Below are positions 37,806-49,530 of a DNA stretch of 64,000 nt, piece after piece (positions within the stretch are counted from its first letter, which is position 1; every line of letters starts with the position of its first letter). A program made the position numbers and the translations under genes. The stretch lies in the NCBI RefSeq assembly GCF_963921235.1, contig NC_086097.1:183832001-183896000 (forward strand), in the 5' to 3' direction. This DNA comes from Mobula hypostoma (taxonomy: Eukaryota). The notes under the pieces were generated by a model. That model saw nothing but the letters and a program-made list of their open reading frames with translations, was not told the DNA's origin and did no database searches.

Positions 37806-39062
37806 TTACTAACTCTCCAGCGTCATTTTCCAGTGGTCCAATATCCATTCTTTTACTCTTTACATATCTGAAAAAAGTTTTTGTATCCTTTTTTATATTA
37901 ATGGCTAACTTACCTTCATACTTCATCTTTTGTTTCTTTATGGCTTGTTTAGTTGCCCCCAGATGGTTTTTAGAAGTTTCCCAGTCCTCTACCTTCACAC
38001 TAATTTTTGCTGTATTATATGCTTTCTCTTTTGCTTGTATGCAGTCCTTGATTTCCCTTGTCAGCCATGATTGCATCATCTTCCCTTTAGAATGCTTCTT
38101 CATATTTGGGATGTATCTTTCCTGTGCCCTCCAAATTAGTCTCAGAAACTCCAGCCTTTGCTGTTTTGCTGTCATCTCTGTTAGTGGCACTTCTAATTAA
38201 CTTCAGCAAGCTCCTCTCTCATGCTTCAGTAATTCTATATTTCTACTGTAATAATGATACATCTGACTTTAGCTTCTCTCTCTTGAACTGCAGGGTGAAT
38301 TGTATCATATTATGATCACTGCCTCCTAAGGGTTTCTTTAAATTAACCTCCCTAATCAAATTTGGTCATTACCTATCACCCAATCTAGAGCTGTTGTTCC
38401 TCTAGTGGGCTCAAACACTAGTTGCTCTAAAAGGCCATCTTGTAGGCATTCTACGAATTCCCTCTCTTGGCAGGTAGCGCCAATCTGATTTTCTCAGTCT
38501 ACCTGCATATTGAAATCCTCAATGATTATTGCAACATTGTCCTTTTTAATGACTTTTCTATCTCTTGTTTCAGTTTGTACCCCACATCCTGGCTACTGTT
38601 AAGAGGCTTGTACATAACTCTCATCAGAGCCTTTGTATCTCTGCAGTTTCTTAACTCCACCCACAATAATTCTACATTTTCCAATCCCGTGTTACCTCAT
38701 TCTAATAATTTGATTTCATTTTTTAACAACAGAACCACCCACCCCCTCTGCTTACCTACCTGTCCTTTCGATACAATGTGTGTCCTTAGATGTTAAGCTC
38801 CCAACAATGATCCTCTTTTTGCCATGACTCAGTGATGCCCACAGCAACATACCTGCCAATAACTGGGTTATAAGGTCATCTACCTTATTCCATATAACAT
38901 GTGCATTCAACTATAAAGCCTCCAATCCTGCGTTCATTACCATTTTTGATTTTGTACCTCTGTAACACTTTGACTCATCCCACTGACTGGCATTTTTCCC
39001 TGTCCTCTACCTGTCCTTCCCCACAGTCTCACTACACACTGCATCAAGTTGTATACCAACTG

Positions 39063-39627
39063 ACCTGGAGTACTGTGTGCAGTTCTGGTCTCCATACTTG
39101 AGGAAGGATATGCTGACTTTGGAGGCAGTGCAGAGGAGGTTCACCAGGTTGATTCCAGGGATGAATGGGGTTAATTTATGAGGAGGGATTGAGTCGCCTA
39201 GGACTATACTCTCTGGAGTTCAGAAGAATGAGAGGGGTTCTTATAGAAATATTCAAAATTTTGAAAGGGATAAATAAGATAGAAGTAGGAAAGTTGTTTC
39301 CATTGGTAGGTGAGACTAGAACTTGGGGACATTGCCTCAAGATTCAGGGGAGAAGATTTAGGACAGAGATGAGGAGAAACTGTTTTTCCCGGAGAGTAGT
39401 GAATCTGTGGAATTCTCTGTCTAGGGAGGCAGTTGAGGCTTCCTCATTAAATATATTTAAGAAACAGTTAGATAGGTTTTTACATAGTAAGGGAATTAAG
39501 GGTTATGGGGAAAAGGCAAGTAGTTAGAGTTGAGTTTACAAACAGATCAGCCATGATCTTATTGGATGGCGGGGCAGGCTCAATGGGACTGATGGCCTAC
39601 TCCTGTTCCTATTTCTTATGTTCTTAT
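39063..39627 (+). mobile_element. CR1 3' end, young
   Basis: ORF 39165..39527 LSRLGLYSLEFRRMRG...FSRRVVNLWNSL; (TTCTTATG)n tail. Confidence 0.92.
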
Positions 39628-39794
39628 GCCCTATCCTCTGTCCCATTACTCTGGTTCCCATTTGTGCAAAGTCTTTCTTCCTATAGTTGTGTTATCAAGA
39701 AATAAAGGGCATGAGAACATAAAGACTGAGACTGAGGCAGGATAATAACAACTTTTAAAAGACAGTTGGGACAGGGGCATGGTCTGAAAAGATT

Positions 39795-40070
39795 TCAAAG
39801 TTCAAAGTAAATTTATTATCAAAGTACATATATGACTCCATGTACAACCCTGGGATTCATTTTCTTGCAGGTATTCACAGTAGAACAAAGAAATACAACA
39901 GAATCAATGAAAAACTATACACAAGCAAAAACTGACAAACAGCTAATGTGCAAATGAAGACAATCTGCAATAATAAAAAAACAAGTGAAATAATATTTAG
40001 AATATAAGTTGTAGAATCCTGGAAAGTGAACCTGTGTGTTCTGGAATTTGTTCAATGTTGAGGAGAGTGA
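39795..40070 (-). mobile_element. Rex1/Babar 3' UTR
   Basis: caaagttcaaagtaaatttattatcaaagtacat is the reverse complement of the tail at 54745-54781. Confidence 0.8.
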
Positions 40071-40102
40071 GGAGATTTTTAGAAAGTTATGGGTCAGATT
40101 AT

Positions 40103-40637
40103 ATAACCATATAACATATAACAATTACAGCACGGAAACAGGCCATCTCGGCCCTTCTAGTCCGTGCCGAATGCTTACTCTCACCTAGTCCCACTGACCT
40201 GCACTCAGCCCATAACCCTCCATTCCTTTCCTGTCCATATAGCTGTCCAATTTAACTTTAAACGACAACATCGAACCTGCCTCAACCACTTCTGCTGGAA
40301 GCTCGTTCCACACAGCTACCACTCTCTGAGTAAAGAAGTTCCCCCTCATGTTACCACTAAACTTTTGCCCTTTAACTCTCAACTCATGTCCTCTTGTTTG
40401 AATCTTCCCCACTCTCAATGGAAAAAGCCTATGCACGTCAACTCTATCAATTCCCCTCATAATTTTAAACACCTCTATCAAGTCCCCCCCTCAACCTTCT
40501 ACGCTCCAAAGAATAAAGACCTAACTTGTTCAACCTTTCTCTGTAACTTAGGAGATGAAACCCAGGCAACATTTTAGTAAATCTCCTCTGTACTCTCTGA
40601 ATTTTAATGACATCTTTCCTATAATTTGGTGACCAAA
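40103..40637 (-). mobile_element. CR1 3' end, young
   Basis: ORF 40185..40481 IEVFKIMRG...FFTQRVVAVWNELP. Confidence 0.92.
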
Positions 40638-41735
40638 TTCTGGAATTGACTTAGAAGGAACAGTTGGGTCAGCATGGACCAACTGGGTTAAGTGGCCTGT
40701 TTCCATCCTCTGTGACTCTATGACTCTATGACTGTGTGTTTTGCATTATATTAAGCATACTGTATATGTGTAGTAATTTGATAGATCTCAATTTATCTCA
40801 TAAGAATTCCTGGAGTCATCACTAATTCCATGAATGATCCTATCGCTGATAAAAGATTCATGAAATTCTTAAAAATTCATAGAGCTGATAAATTTTTCAG
40901 TTCAATAACATAGTTCTCCAATTGCTTCCCTACCTCCTGGTTGTAGATAAAGCATTTTGTAGCATTACATGACATAGTTTTATTACAGTTGCATGGCCTC
41001 GCCACTCTCCATGATTCTTAAGCTGCAGTAAATTAAGCACTACTAAACAGTATTCTCCCCTGATTTTCTATCAGATACAAAAATATGATTTTTACTGGCT
41101 CATTTCTATCTGATAATGGAAGTTTTTATTACATAATTGCATCATTCTTTCAAGCCCCTTCAGACTACCTGATAATTTTCATTGAATTGTAAATATTCTG
41201 GTGGTTTTCTCTAAGCCTGAGACACATATTCAACTATCAGAAATAACAGGTAAGTTGACCATTGTATTCTTACTCTGTTTAAATCAGAAATCATATGTAC
41301 TTATGAGTTAAGTTGATACTGTTTACTTAGCCTGTCACCCCTAAGGTATAAAAATACCTGGGTATTCGGAATATCACAATGCCCATGATAAGAGTCAAGC
41401 AAATGTAGTTGATTTTGTTTTGCATTCTAATGAATTTATTTACTTAGAGACACAAGGTGGAGTTGGCCCTGCCAGCCCTTCCAGTCTAACCCTGCCCTCT
41501 GACATAGTCCTCCATTTTTCTAACACCAGTGTGCCTAACTAAGAATTTCTTAAATGTCTCCAGTGTATTTGCCTATACCATTAACCCTGGCAGTGTGTTC
41601 CGCACACTCTCCACTCTGCGTAAAAGACATCCTTCCAATACTTTCCTCCCATCTGTTTCTTCAGAACTTTTTATATCTGAATGATTGTTCTTGCATTTTA
41701 TGTGACTGTAAAATCAGACTTTATAGTTAGAACTA

Positions 41736-42202
41736 TGAGGGCTGATTAATAAGTTCACGGCCTAAGGTAGATGGAGTCAATTTGAGAAAACTTAGCACAT
41801 TTATTTTTCCTACATTTACCCACTTAGTCCAGCGGTCGTGGAGCATATGGATCCCTTCTTTGTAGAAGTCAGCGTCTTAGACCTCCAGAAGTGGTCCACA
41901 GCAGGGGTGATTGATAAGTTCATGGCCTAAGGTAGAAGGAGATGAGTAATTAACTTCAAACTTTCTGCATTATCACTCAAAGAGTTGAACTGCACATGCA
42001 TGTAACAAGAGCTGTATAACTCATCTCCTTCTACCTTAGGCCACAAACTTATCAATCACCTCTGCTGTGGACCACTTCTACAAAGAAGGGATCCGTATGC
42101 TCCACGACCGCTGGACTAAGTGTGTACATGTAGGAGGGGACTATGTTGAAAAATAAATGTGCTAGGTTTTCGAAAATTGAGAAAGTTATCAATCACCCCT
42201 CG
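41736..42202. mobile_element. Mariner-derived fold-back MITE
   Basis: TA then TIR (c/t)gagggstgatt.ataa; both arms carry the transposase C-terminus (plus ~42073-42156 HFYKEGIRMLHDRWTKCVHVGGDYVEK*); second internal TIR pair. Confidence 0.85.
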
Positions 42203-43299
42203 TGAAACAATTGAAGATTCAAGATTGTTTAATGTCATTTCCAGTACAGAAGTGTAAAGGAGAATGAAATAATTATTACTCCAGATCTGATGCAGTGGAG
42301 AAAAACACATTAAGATAAAGAACACAATTTAAGATAAATACATAAGATAACTTATATACAGAGATTGACTGTATGTCCATAAATTGACGCTAGGCACAAG
42401 AGAGTCTGTGCATAAAGTAGCTGCCTGGAAATGATAAAATAGTGGTGGTGTGCGGTGTGGAAGGGTGGGTTAGCGAGTGCAGGTGTTGATAAGCAAGTAA
42501 CTAATCGTTATTGGCCCTTTTCCATCATCTTTCTATATGTATATATCCTTGATGGTGGATAGGCTAGTGCTGGTGATGCATTGTACAGTTTTGAGTACCT
42601 GTTTTAGAGCCTTCCTGCCTGCCACAGTACAGTTTCCGTACCGTGCAGTGATGTGCAGCATGCCAGGATGCTGTGCCAACGATGTAAAGAGGGGTGCGAG
42701 GGGTGCAAGCTCTCTTGATAACCATCTTGTTTTCATTGCGGAAGAGGTTACTTGCCTGGCACCAGGCCTCAAGCTCTTTCAGCTCCTCACTGTAGGCCAT
42801 CTCATTATTGCTGGTGATGAGCCCCACCACTGTTGTGCCATCGGAGAACTTGGCAATGTGATTACTCAAGTGTTTAGCCGTGCAGTCATGTGTGAGCAGA
42901 GTGCACAGCTATGGGCTCAGCACGCAGCCCTGTGTTAAATATAGAGGGGAGGGAGGAGCGGTGTGCCTCCTGACTATCTGAGGTCAGTTGGTTAGTAAGT
43001 TCAACACCCAGTTACACAGTGGTGTATTTAGACCAAGGAGAAGGGGTTTGTTCACCAGGGTCTGTGGGATAATGGTGTTGAAAGCTGAACTAAAATCCTG
43101 AAACAGAATTCTTGGTTTCTAGATGTGTCAGATGATAAATGCTATGGCCTCTGTTGTAGAATGGGTCTCTCAGTAAGCATACTGGTTGAGTGTCCATGTT
43201 GGCAAGGAAGCAGTTTTTGATATATGCCATTACCAGCCATTCAAAGCACTTCATGACGATTGGCGTCAGTGCCACTGGGCGGTAATCATTTAATTCTGA

Positions 43300-44904
43300 A
43301 GATTTAGAATACTCTGGAAGCATGCTGGAAGTTTGAGATTGTCAGGGTCAGAAGTTGCCATTACTAGGGAGAAAGTGCATGGGAAAGTAAAATGTCTGAC
43401 GGTAGATAAGTCACCTGGACCGTAGAGCATACACTCCACGGTTCTGAAAGAGGTGGCGGAAGAGATCGTGGAAGCATTACTACTGAACCTTCCAGAATCA
43501 TAGGTTCTGGCATGATTCCTGAGGACTGAAAAACTGCAGATGTAACTCTACCCTTCATAAAGGGAGGGGGGCAGAAGAAAGGAAACTATAGGCTAGTTAG
43601 TCTGACCTCAGTGTTTGGGAAGATGTTGGAGTTGATTGCTAAGGATGTGGTTTCAGGGTACTTGGAGCCACATGACAAAATAGGCCAAAGTCAGTATGGT
43701 TTCCTCAAGTGGAAATATTGCCTGACAAATCTGTTTGAACTCTTTGAACAAATAACAAGCAGGATAGGCAAAGCAGAATCAGTGGATGTTGTTTACTTAG
43801 ACTTTCAAAAGGTCTTTGATAAGGTGCCACACATAAGGCTGTTTACAGGAAAGGTACTAGCATGGAAAGAGCATTAGCTGATTGGCAGGAGGCAAAGAGT
43901 AGGAGTAAAAGGAGCCTTTTCTGTTTAGCTGCTGGTGAGTAGTGGTGTTCTACAAGCATTTGTGTTGGGACTGCTTCTTTTGACATTATATATCAATAGT
44001 TTTGATGTCAAAATCGGTGGGTTTGTGGTCAAGTTTGCAGATGCTACAAAGATGGGTGGAGGGACAGGTAGTTTTGAAGAAGCAGAGAGGCTACAGATGG
44101 ACTTAGGCACATTAGGAGAATGGGTAAAGAAGTGGCAGATGGAATACAGCTTTGGGAAGTGTATGGTAATGTACTTTGGTAGAAGAAATAAAAGTGTAGA
44201 CTATTTTCCAAATGGAGAGAAAAGTCAAAAATCCAGTGTGCAAAGGGATTAGGAGTCTTTGTACAGGATTAATTTGCAGATGGAGACATAGTGCTGAGGA
44301 AGGCAAATTGAAAGTTAATTTTGAGAGGATTAGAATATAAAGCAAGGATATAATGCTGCAGCTTTATAAGACACTGGTGAGGCCTCACTTGGAGTATTGC
44401 GAGTAGTTTTGGGCCCCTTATCTTAGTAAGGATGTGCTGATATTGGAGAGGATTCAATGGAGATTCACAAAAATGACTCCAGGAATTCAGAAGAATAGTT
44501 GGGGGGGGGTGGGTGGGTGGAATCTCATTGAAGCATATTGAATGTTCAAAGGTCTCGATAGAATGGAAGTGGAGAGCATGTTTCCTATGCTGGGTGAATC
44601 TAAGACCAGAGGACAGAGCCTCAGAATTGTGGGACATCCATTTAGAACAGAGATGAAGAGGAATTTCTTTAGCCAGGGATGGTGAATCTGTGGAATTTGT
44701 TGCCACAGGTGGGCTGTGGAGGCCAAGTCCCTGAGTACATTTATGACAGAGGTTGATAGATTCTTGATTAGTCAGGGCATGAAGGGATACGGGGAGAAGG
44801 TTGGAGACTGGGGATGAGAAGGAAATGGATCAGCCATGATGAAATGGCAGAGCAGACTCTATGGGCCAAATGGCCTAACTCTGCTTCTGTATCTTATGAT
44901 CTTA
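43300..44904 (+). mobile_element. CR1 RT to 3' tail
   Basis: ORFs 43611..43877 (VYLDFQKVFDKVP) and 43935..44252 (KFADATK); tcttatgatctta tail. Confidence 0.92.
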
Positions 44905-45077
44905 CTTTGGTATAGGAGTGATGGTGGCTGATTTGAAGAATGTGGCAATAGCAACCAGGATGAGTGAAGTGTTGAAGATATTTGTGAAGACATCAGGGAA
45001 TTGGTGTGCAATCTCTCTGAGGACAGCACAAGATGTGGTCTGGCCTGTCCGCCTTAGGGTGTTGACTCTATCCTAAG

Positions 45078-46030
45078 TAACATTAGCAAATTTGCCAATG
45101 ATACAAAGCTGGGTGGCAGTGTGAAATGTGAGGAGGATGTCATGAGAATGCAGTGTGACTTGGACAGGCTGGGAGAGTGGGCAGATGCATGGCAGATGCA
45201 GTTTAATGTGGATAAATGTGAGGTTATCCACTTTGGTGGTAAGAACAGGAAGGCAGATTATTATCTAAATGGAGTCAAGTTAGGAAAAGGGGAAGTACAC
45301 CGAGATCTAAGTGTCCTTGTTCATCAGTCACTGAAAGCAAGTATGCAAATACAGCAGGCAGTGAAGAAAGCTAATGGCATGCTGGCCTTCTTAACAAGGG
45401 GAATTGAATATAAGAGCAAAGAGGTCCTTCTGCAGCTATACAGGGCCCTGGTGAGACCACACCTGGAGTATTGTGTGCAGTTTTGGTCTCCAAATTTGAG
45501 GAAGGACATTCTTGCTATTGAGGGAGTGCAGCGTAGGTTCACGAGGTTAATTCCTGGGATGGTGGGACTGTCATATGTTGAAAGATTGGAGCGACTGGGC
45601 TTGTATTCTCTGGAATTTAGAAGGCTGAGAGGGAATCTTATTGAAACATATAAGATTATTAAGGGATTGTACACGCTGGAGGCAGGAAGCATGTTCCCGC
45701 TGACAGGTGAATCCAGAACCAGAGGTCACAGTTTAAGAATTAGGGGTAGGCCATTTAGAACGGAGTTGAGGAAAAACTTTTTCACCCAGAGAGTGGTGGA
45801 TATATGGAATGCTCCGCCCCAGAAGGCTGTGGAGGCCAAGTCTCTGGATGCATTCAAGAAAGAGATGGATAGAACTCTTAAAGATAGCGGAATCAAAGGT
45901 TATGGAGATAAGGCAGTAACTGGATACTGATTGCGAATGATCAGCCATGATCAGAGTGAATGGTGGTGCTGGCTCGAAGGGCTGAATGGCCTACTTCTGC
46001 ACCTATTGTATATTGTCTATTGTCTATTGA
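45078..46030 (+). mobile_element. Young 5'-truncated CR1 with an uninterrupted 269-codon ORF2 C-terminus
   Basis: ORF 45121..45930; (TATTGTC)n tail. Confidence 0.95.
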
Positions 46031-46097
46031 TTCTCTGCAGAGTCCTTCTCATGTCTGTTGCTGTTAAAGACAACGGCTGCTCACTTGTCAGGGAGGT

Positions 46098-49000
46098 ATC
46101 TTACGTGGCCAATATCCTTGCGGGCAGGTTTGCTAGAGCTGTTGGGAGTGGCTTGAACTAATATGGCGGGGAATGGGAACCAGTATGATAGAGCTGAGGA
46201 TGAGCCAGCAGCACTACAAGTGGACGATGTAATATGTAATATCAATGTAAGGAAGGACAAGCCAATGATTGGATGCAACTGCAGGCAGAGCAGAGACTTA
46301 AGCTGTAACACAGAGGCAAAATTCATAAGGGCAAAGAATGCAGGACCGAATGTGCTGCACTGAAATGCATGTAGCATTCAGAATAAGGTGGACGAACTCA
46401 TGGTGCAATTAGAGATTGGTCGGCATGACGTTGTGGGCACCACTGAGTCGCAACTGAATGAAGGTCATAGTTGGGAGCTTAACATCAAAGGATATACTTT
46501 GTTTCGAAAGGACAGGCAGGAAGGCATAGGCAGTGGTGTGGCTCTATTGGTAAGAGGTGGAATCACATCTTTAGAAAGAGGTGACATTGGGTCAGAGAAT
46601 TTCAAATCTTTGTGGATGGAGTTAAGGAACTACAAGGATAAAAGACTATCATAGCATTCATATATAGGCCTCCAAATAGCAGCCAAGATGTGTGGTTGAG
46701 ATTGCAAAGGGAGCTGGAAAAGGCATGTAATAAAGGTAATGTCATAATTGTAATGAAGGACTTCAATATGCAAGGGGATTGGGAAAATCAGATTGGTGTC
46801 AGATCACAAGAGAGGGAATTTGTTGAATGCCTACGAGATGGCTTTTTAGAGCAGCTTGTGCTTGAGCCTATGAAGGGAAAGGGTATCTTAGACTGGGTGT
46901 TTGTAATAACCCAGATTTTATTAGTCAGCTTAACGTAAAATAACCTTTATGAGGCAGTGATCATAATATGATTTAATTCATACTGCAGTTTGAGAGGGAG
47001 AAGCGTAGGTCACATGTATCTGTATTGCGATGGAATAAAGGGAATTACAGAGGCACAAGAGAGGAGCTTGCCCAGGCGGATTGGAGGAGGATATTGGTGA
47101 GGATGATGGCAGAGCAGAGATGGCTGAAGTTTCTGGGATAGTTCACAAGGTGCATGATAGATATGTCCCACATAGGAAGAAGTTCAGGGCTAGGCAACCG
47201 TAGCTGATAAAGGAAGTTAACGACTGCATAAAAGCTAAGGAAAGGGCATATAAGGTAGCAAAAGTGAGTGGGAAGTTGGATGATTGGGATTTTGTTTAAA
47301 ATCCAACAAAAGGCAACTAAAAAAGCTATAAGAAGAAAAAGGATGAAATATGAGGGCATACTAGCCAATAAAATAAAGCAGGATACTAAAAGTTTCCTCA
47401 GTTATATATTATAGATAGATGGAGCTCATCAGCCTGGGAAGGCAGTCCATCTAAGAGATGGAAAACTCTGATTTCAAACCTTCGCTGCCTTGTGGCCGTA
47501 CCCACTCATGGGAAAGGCTTCGGGAGTAAACCCTAAGAACAAATCCAGAGCTGGAGTCCCTAAGGCAGTCCGATGTTGTCTTCAGCCTCGTTCTGGCAAC
47601 TCCTGCGACGACACTGGTACCAAGCTGTATCAGGCCTTGCCCTTCCCTTGGACAACATCAGTGTTGTGGAGAGGGGAGACTTGCTGCATAGGCAACTGCC
47701 GGTCTTCCACACAACCTTGCCCAGGCCTGCGCTCTGGAGAGGAGAAGCAAGACTTTCCAGGTGAAGAACCATGGTCTTGTGAGACTAACGGAAACCACTT
47801 CAGTTATATAAAGAGTAAAAGGGAAGTGTGAGTTGGTATTGGACCACTGGAATATGATGCTGGTGAGATAGTAATGGGGGACAAAGAAATGTCAAATGAA
47901 CTTTACTGCGTAAGACACTAGCTGTATGCCGGAGTTCTGTGCGAGTCAGGGAGCACTAGTAAGTGCCATTGCTATTACAAAGGCAAAAGCGCTAAGCAAA
48001 CTGAGAGGTAGATAAGTCACCTGGACCAGTTAGACTACATCCCAGTGACTTGAAAGAGGTTGGTCATGATCTTTCAACTATCACTTGATTCTGGCATGGT
48101 CCCGGAGGACAGGAAATTTGCAAATGTCACTCCACGTTTTAAAAAGGGAGGAAGAGAGAAGAAAGGAAAATAAAGGTCAGTTAGCCTCACCTCAGTGCTT
48201 GGGAAAATGTCGGAATCCATTATTAAGGGCAAGGCTTTGGGGTACTTGGAGACTAATGATAAAATAAGTCAAGGTCAGCATGGTTTCTGTTAAGGGAAAT
48301 CTTGCCTGACAAATCTGCTAGATATAACAAGCGGTGGACAAAGGAGAGGCAGCGGATATCATACTTTCAGAAGGCATTATATAAGGTGCCTCAAATGGGG
48401 CTGCTTAACAAGGTAAAATCGTATGGTGTTACAGGAAACATACTGGCATGGGTAGAGGAATGGCTGACAGGAAGGAGGCGGTGAGTGGGAATAAAGGGGG
48501 CCTTTTCTGTTTGGCTGCCAGTGACTGGTGCTGGTCCTCAGGGGTCAGTATTGGGACTGTTACTTTTCACATTGTTTGTCAATGATTTAGATAGTGGAAT
48601 TGATGGCAAAGTTTGCGGATCATATGAAGATAGGTGGAGGGCTAGATAGTGCTGAGGAAGCAATGTGATTGCAGCAGGACTTAGACAAACTGGAAGAATG
48701 GCCAAAAGAGTGACAGATTGAATACAGTGTTGGGAAATGTATGATAATGTATTTTGGTAAAAGGAACAATGGTGCAGACTATTATTCAAATGGAGAAAAG
48801 ATTCAAACATCAGAGGTGCAGAGGGACTTGGGAGTCCTTGTGCTAGACTCCCAGAAGGTTAATTCACACGTTGAGCTGTGGTAAAGAAGGCAAAAGCAAT
48901 GTTGGCATTTATTTTAGGGGGAATAGACTATAAAAGCAAGGAGATAATACTGAAGCTTTATAAGACACTAGTCAGGCTGCACTTGGAGTATTGTCAACAG

Positions 49001-49530
49001 TTTTGGGTCCTTTTATCTCAGAAAGGATGTGTTGTCATTGGACAGAGTCCAAAGGAGGTTCATGAAGATTATTCTGGGAATGAAGGGGTTAATATAAGAG
49101 AAGTGCATGGCAGCTTTGGGCCTGTACTCCCTGGTATCTAGAGGAATGTAGGGGGATCTCTTTGAAACCTACCGAATGTTGAAAGGACTGGATAAGGAGG
49201 ATGTGGAGAGGATGCTTTTTTCTGATGGGTTATGCTGAACTGGAGGGCACAGTCTCTAGATTGAGGGGAGAGTTTTTAGAACACATGTAAGGAAGATTTT
49301 TTTTAGACAGAGTGGTGAATCTGTGGAATGCTCTGCTACAGACTGTGGTGGAGGCCAAGTCTGTGGGTATATTCAAAATGGAAGTTGATAGTTTTCAGAT
49401 TGGTTGGGGCGTCAAGGGATATGGTCAGAGAGCAGGTGTATGGGGTTGAACAGGAACAGGGACCAGCCATAATGGACTGGCAGAGCAGACTCAATGGGTT
49501 GAATGGCCTAATTCTGTTCCTATGTCTTAA
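46098..49530 (+). mobile_element. Near-complete decayed CR1: ORF1 (esterase-like) end, ORF2 endonuclease + RT, 3' UTR
   Basis: ANILAGRFARAVGSGLN* ORF1 end; ORFs 46388..46654, 46690..46938 (KDFN), 48302..48484, 48878..49141. Confidence 0.9.
47409..47799 (+). mobile_element. RTE-derived non-autonomous element, copy 2 (different subfamily, 5'-truncated)
   Basis: 11-bp TSD TCAGTTATATA at 47398-47408 and 47800-47810; ggaaaactctgatttcaaacc motif; ccatggtcttgtgagactaacgga 3' end. Confidence 0.85.

Larger units (their letters stand above)
36880..39660 (-). mobile_element. CR1 LINE, endonuclease-tether region, with two inserts
   Basis: ORF 37801..38190 (WLTREIKDCIQAKEKAY...KTFFRYVKSKR); APE motifs toward 38900. 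Confidence 0.85.

Noticed and set aside
41164..41256. Strong donor CAG|GTAAGT with a possible micro-exon (PETHIQLSEIT)
   Set aside because: Weak acceptor; the longer version has stops in all frames; no partner exons. Cannot be supported without RNA data
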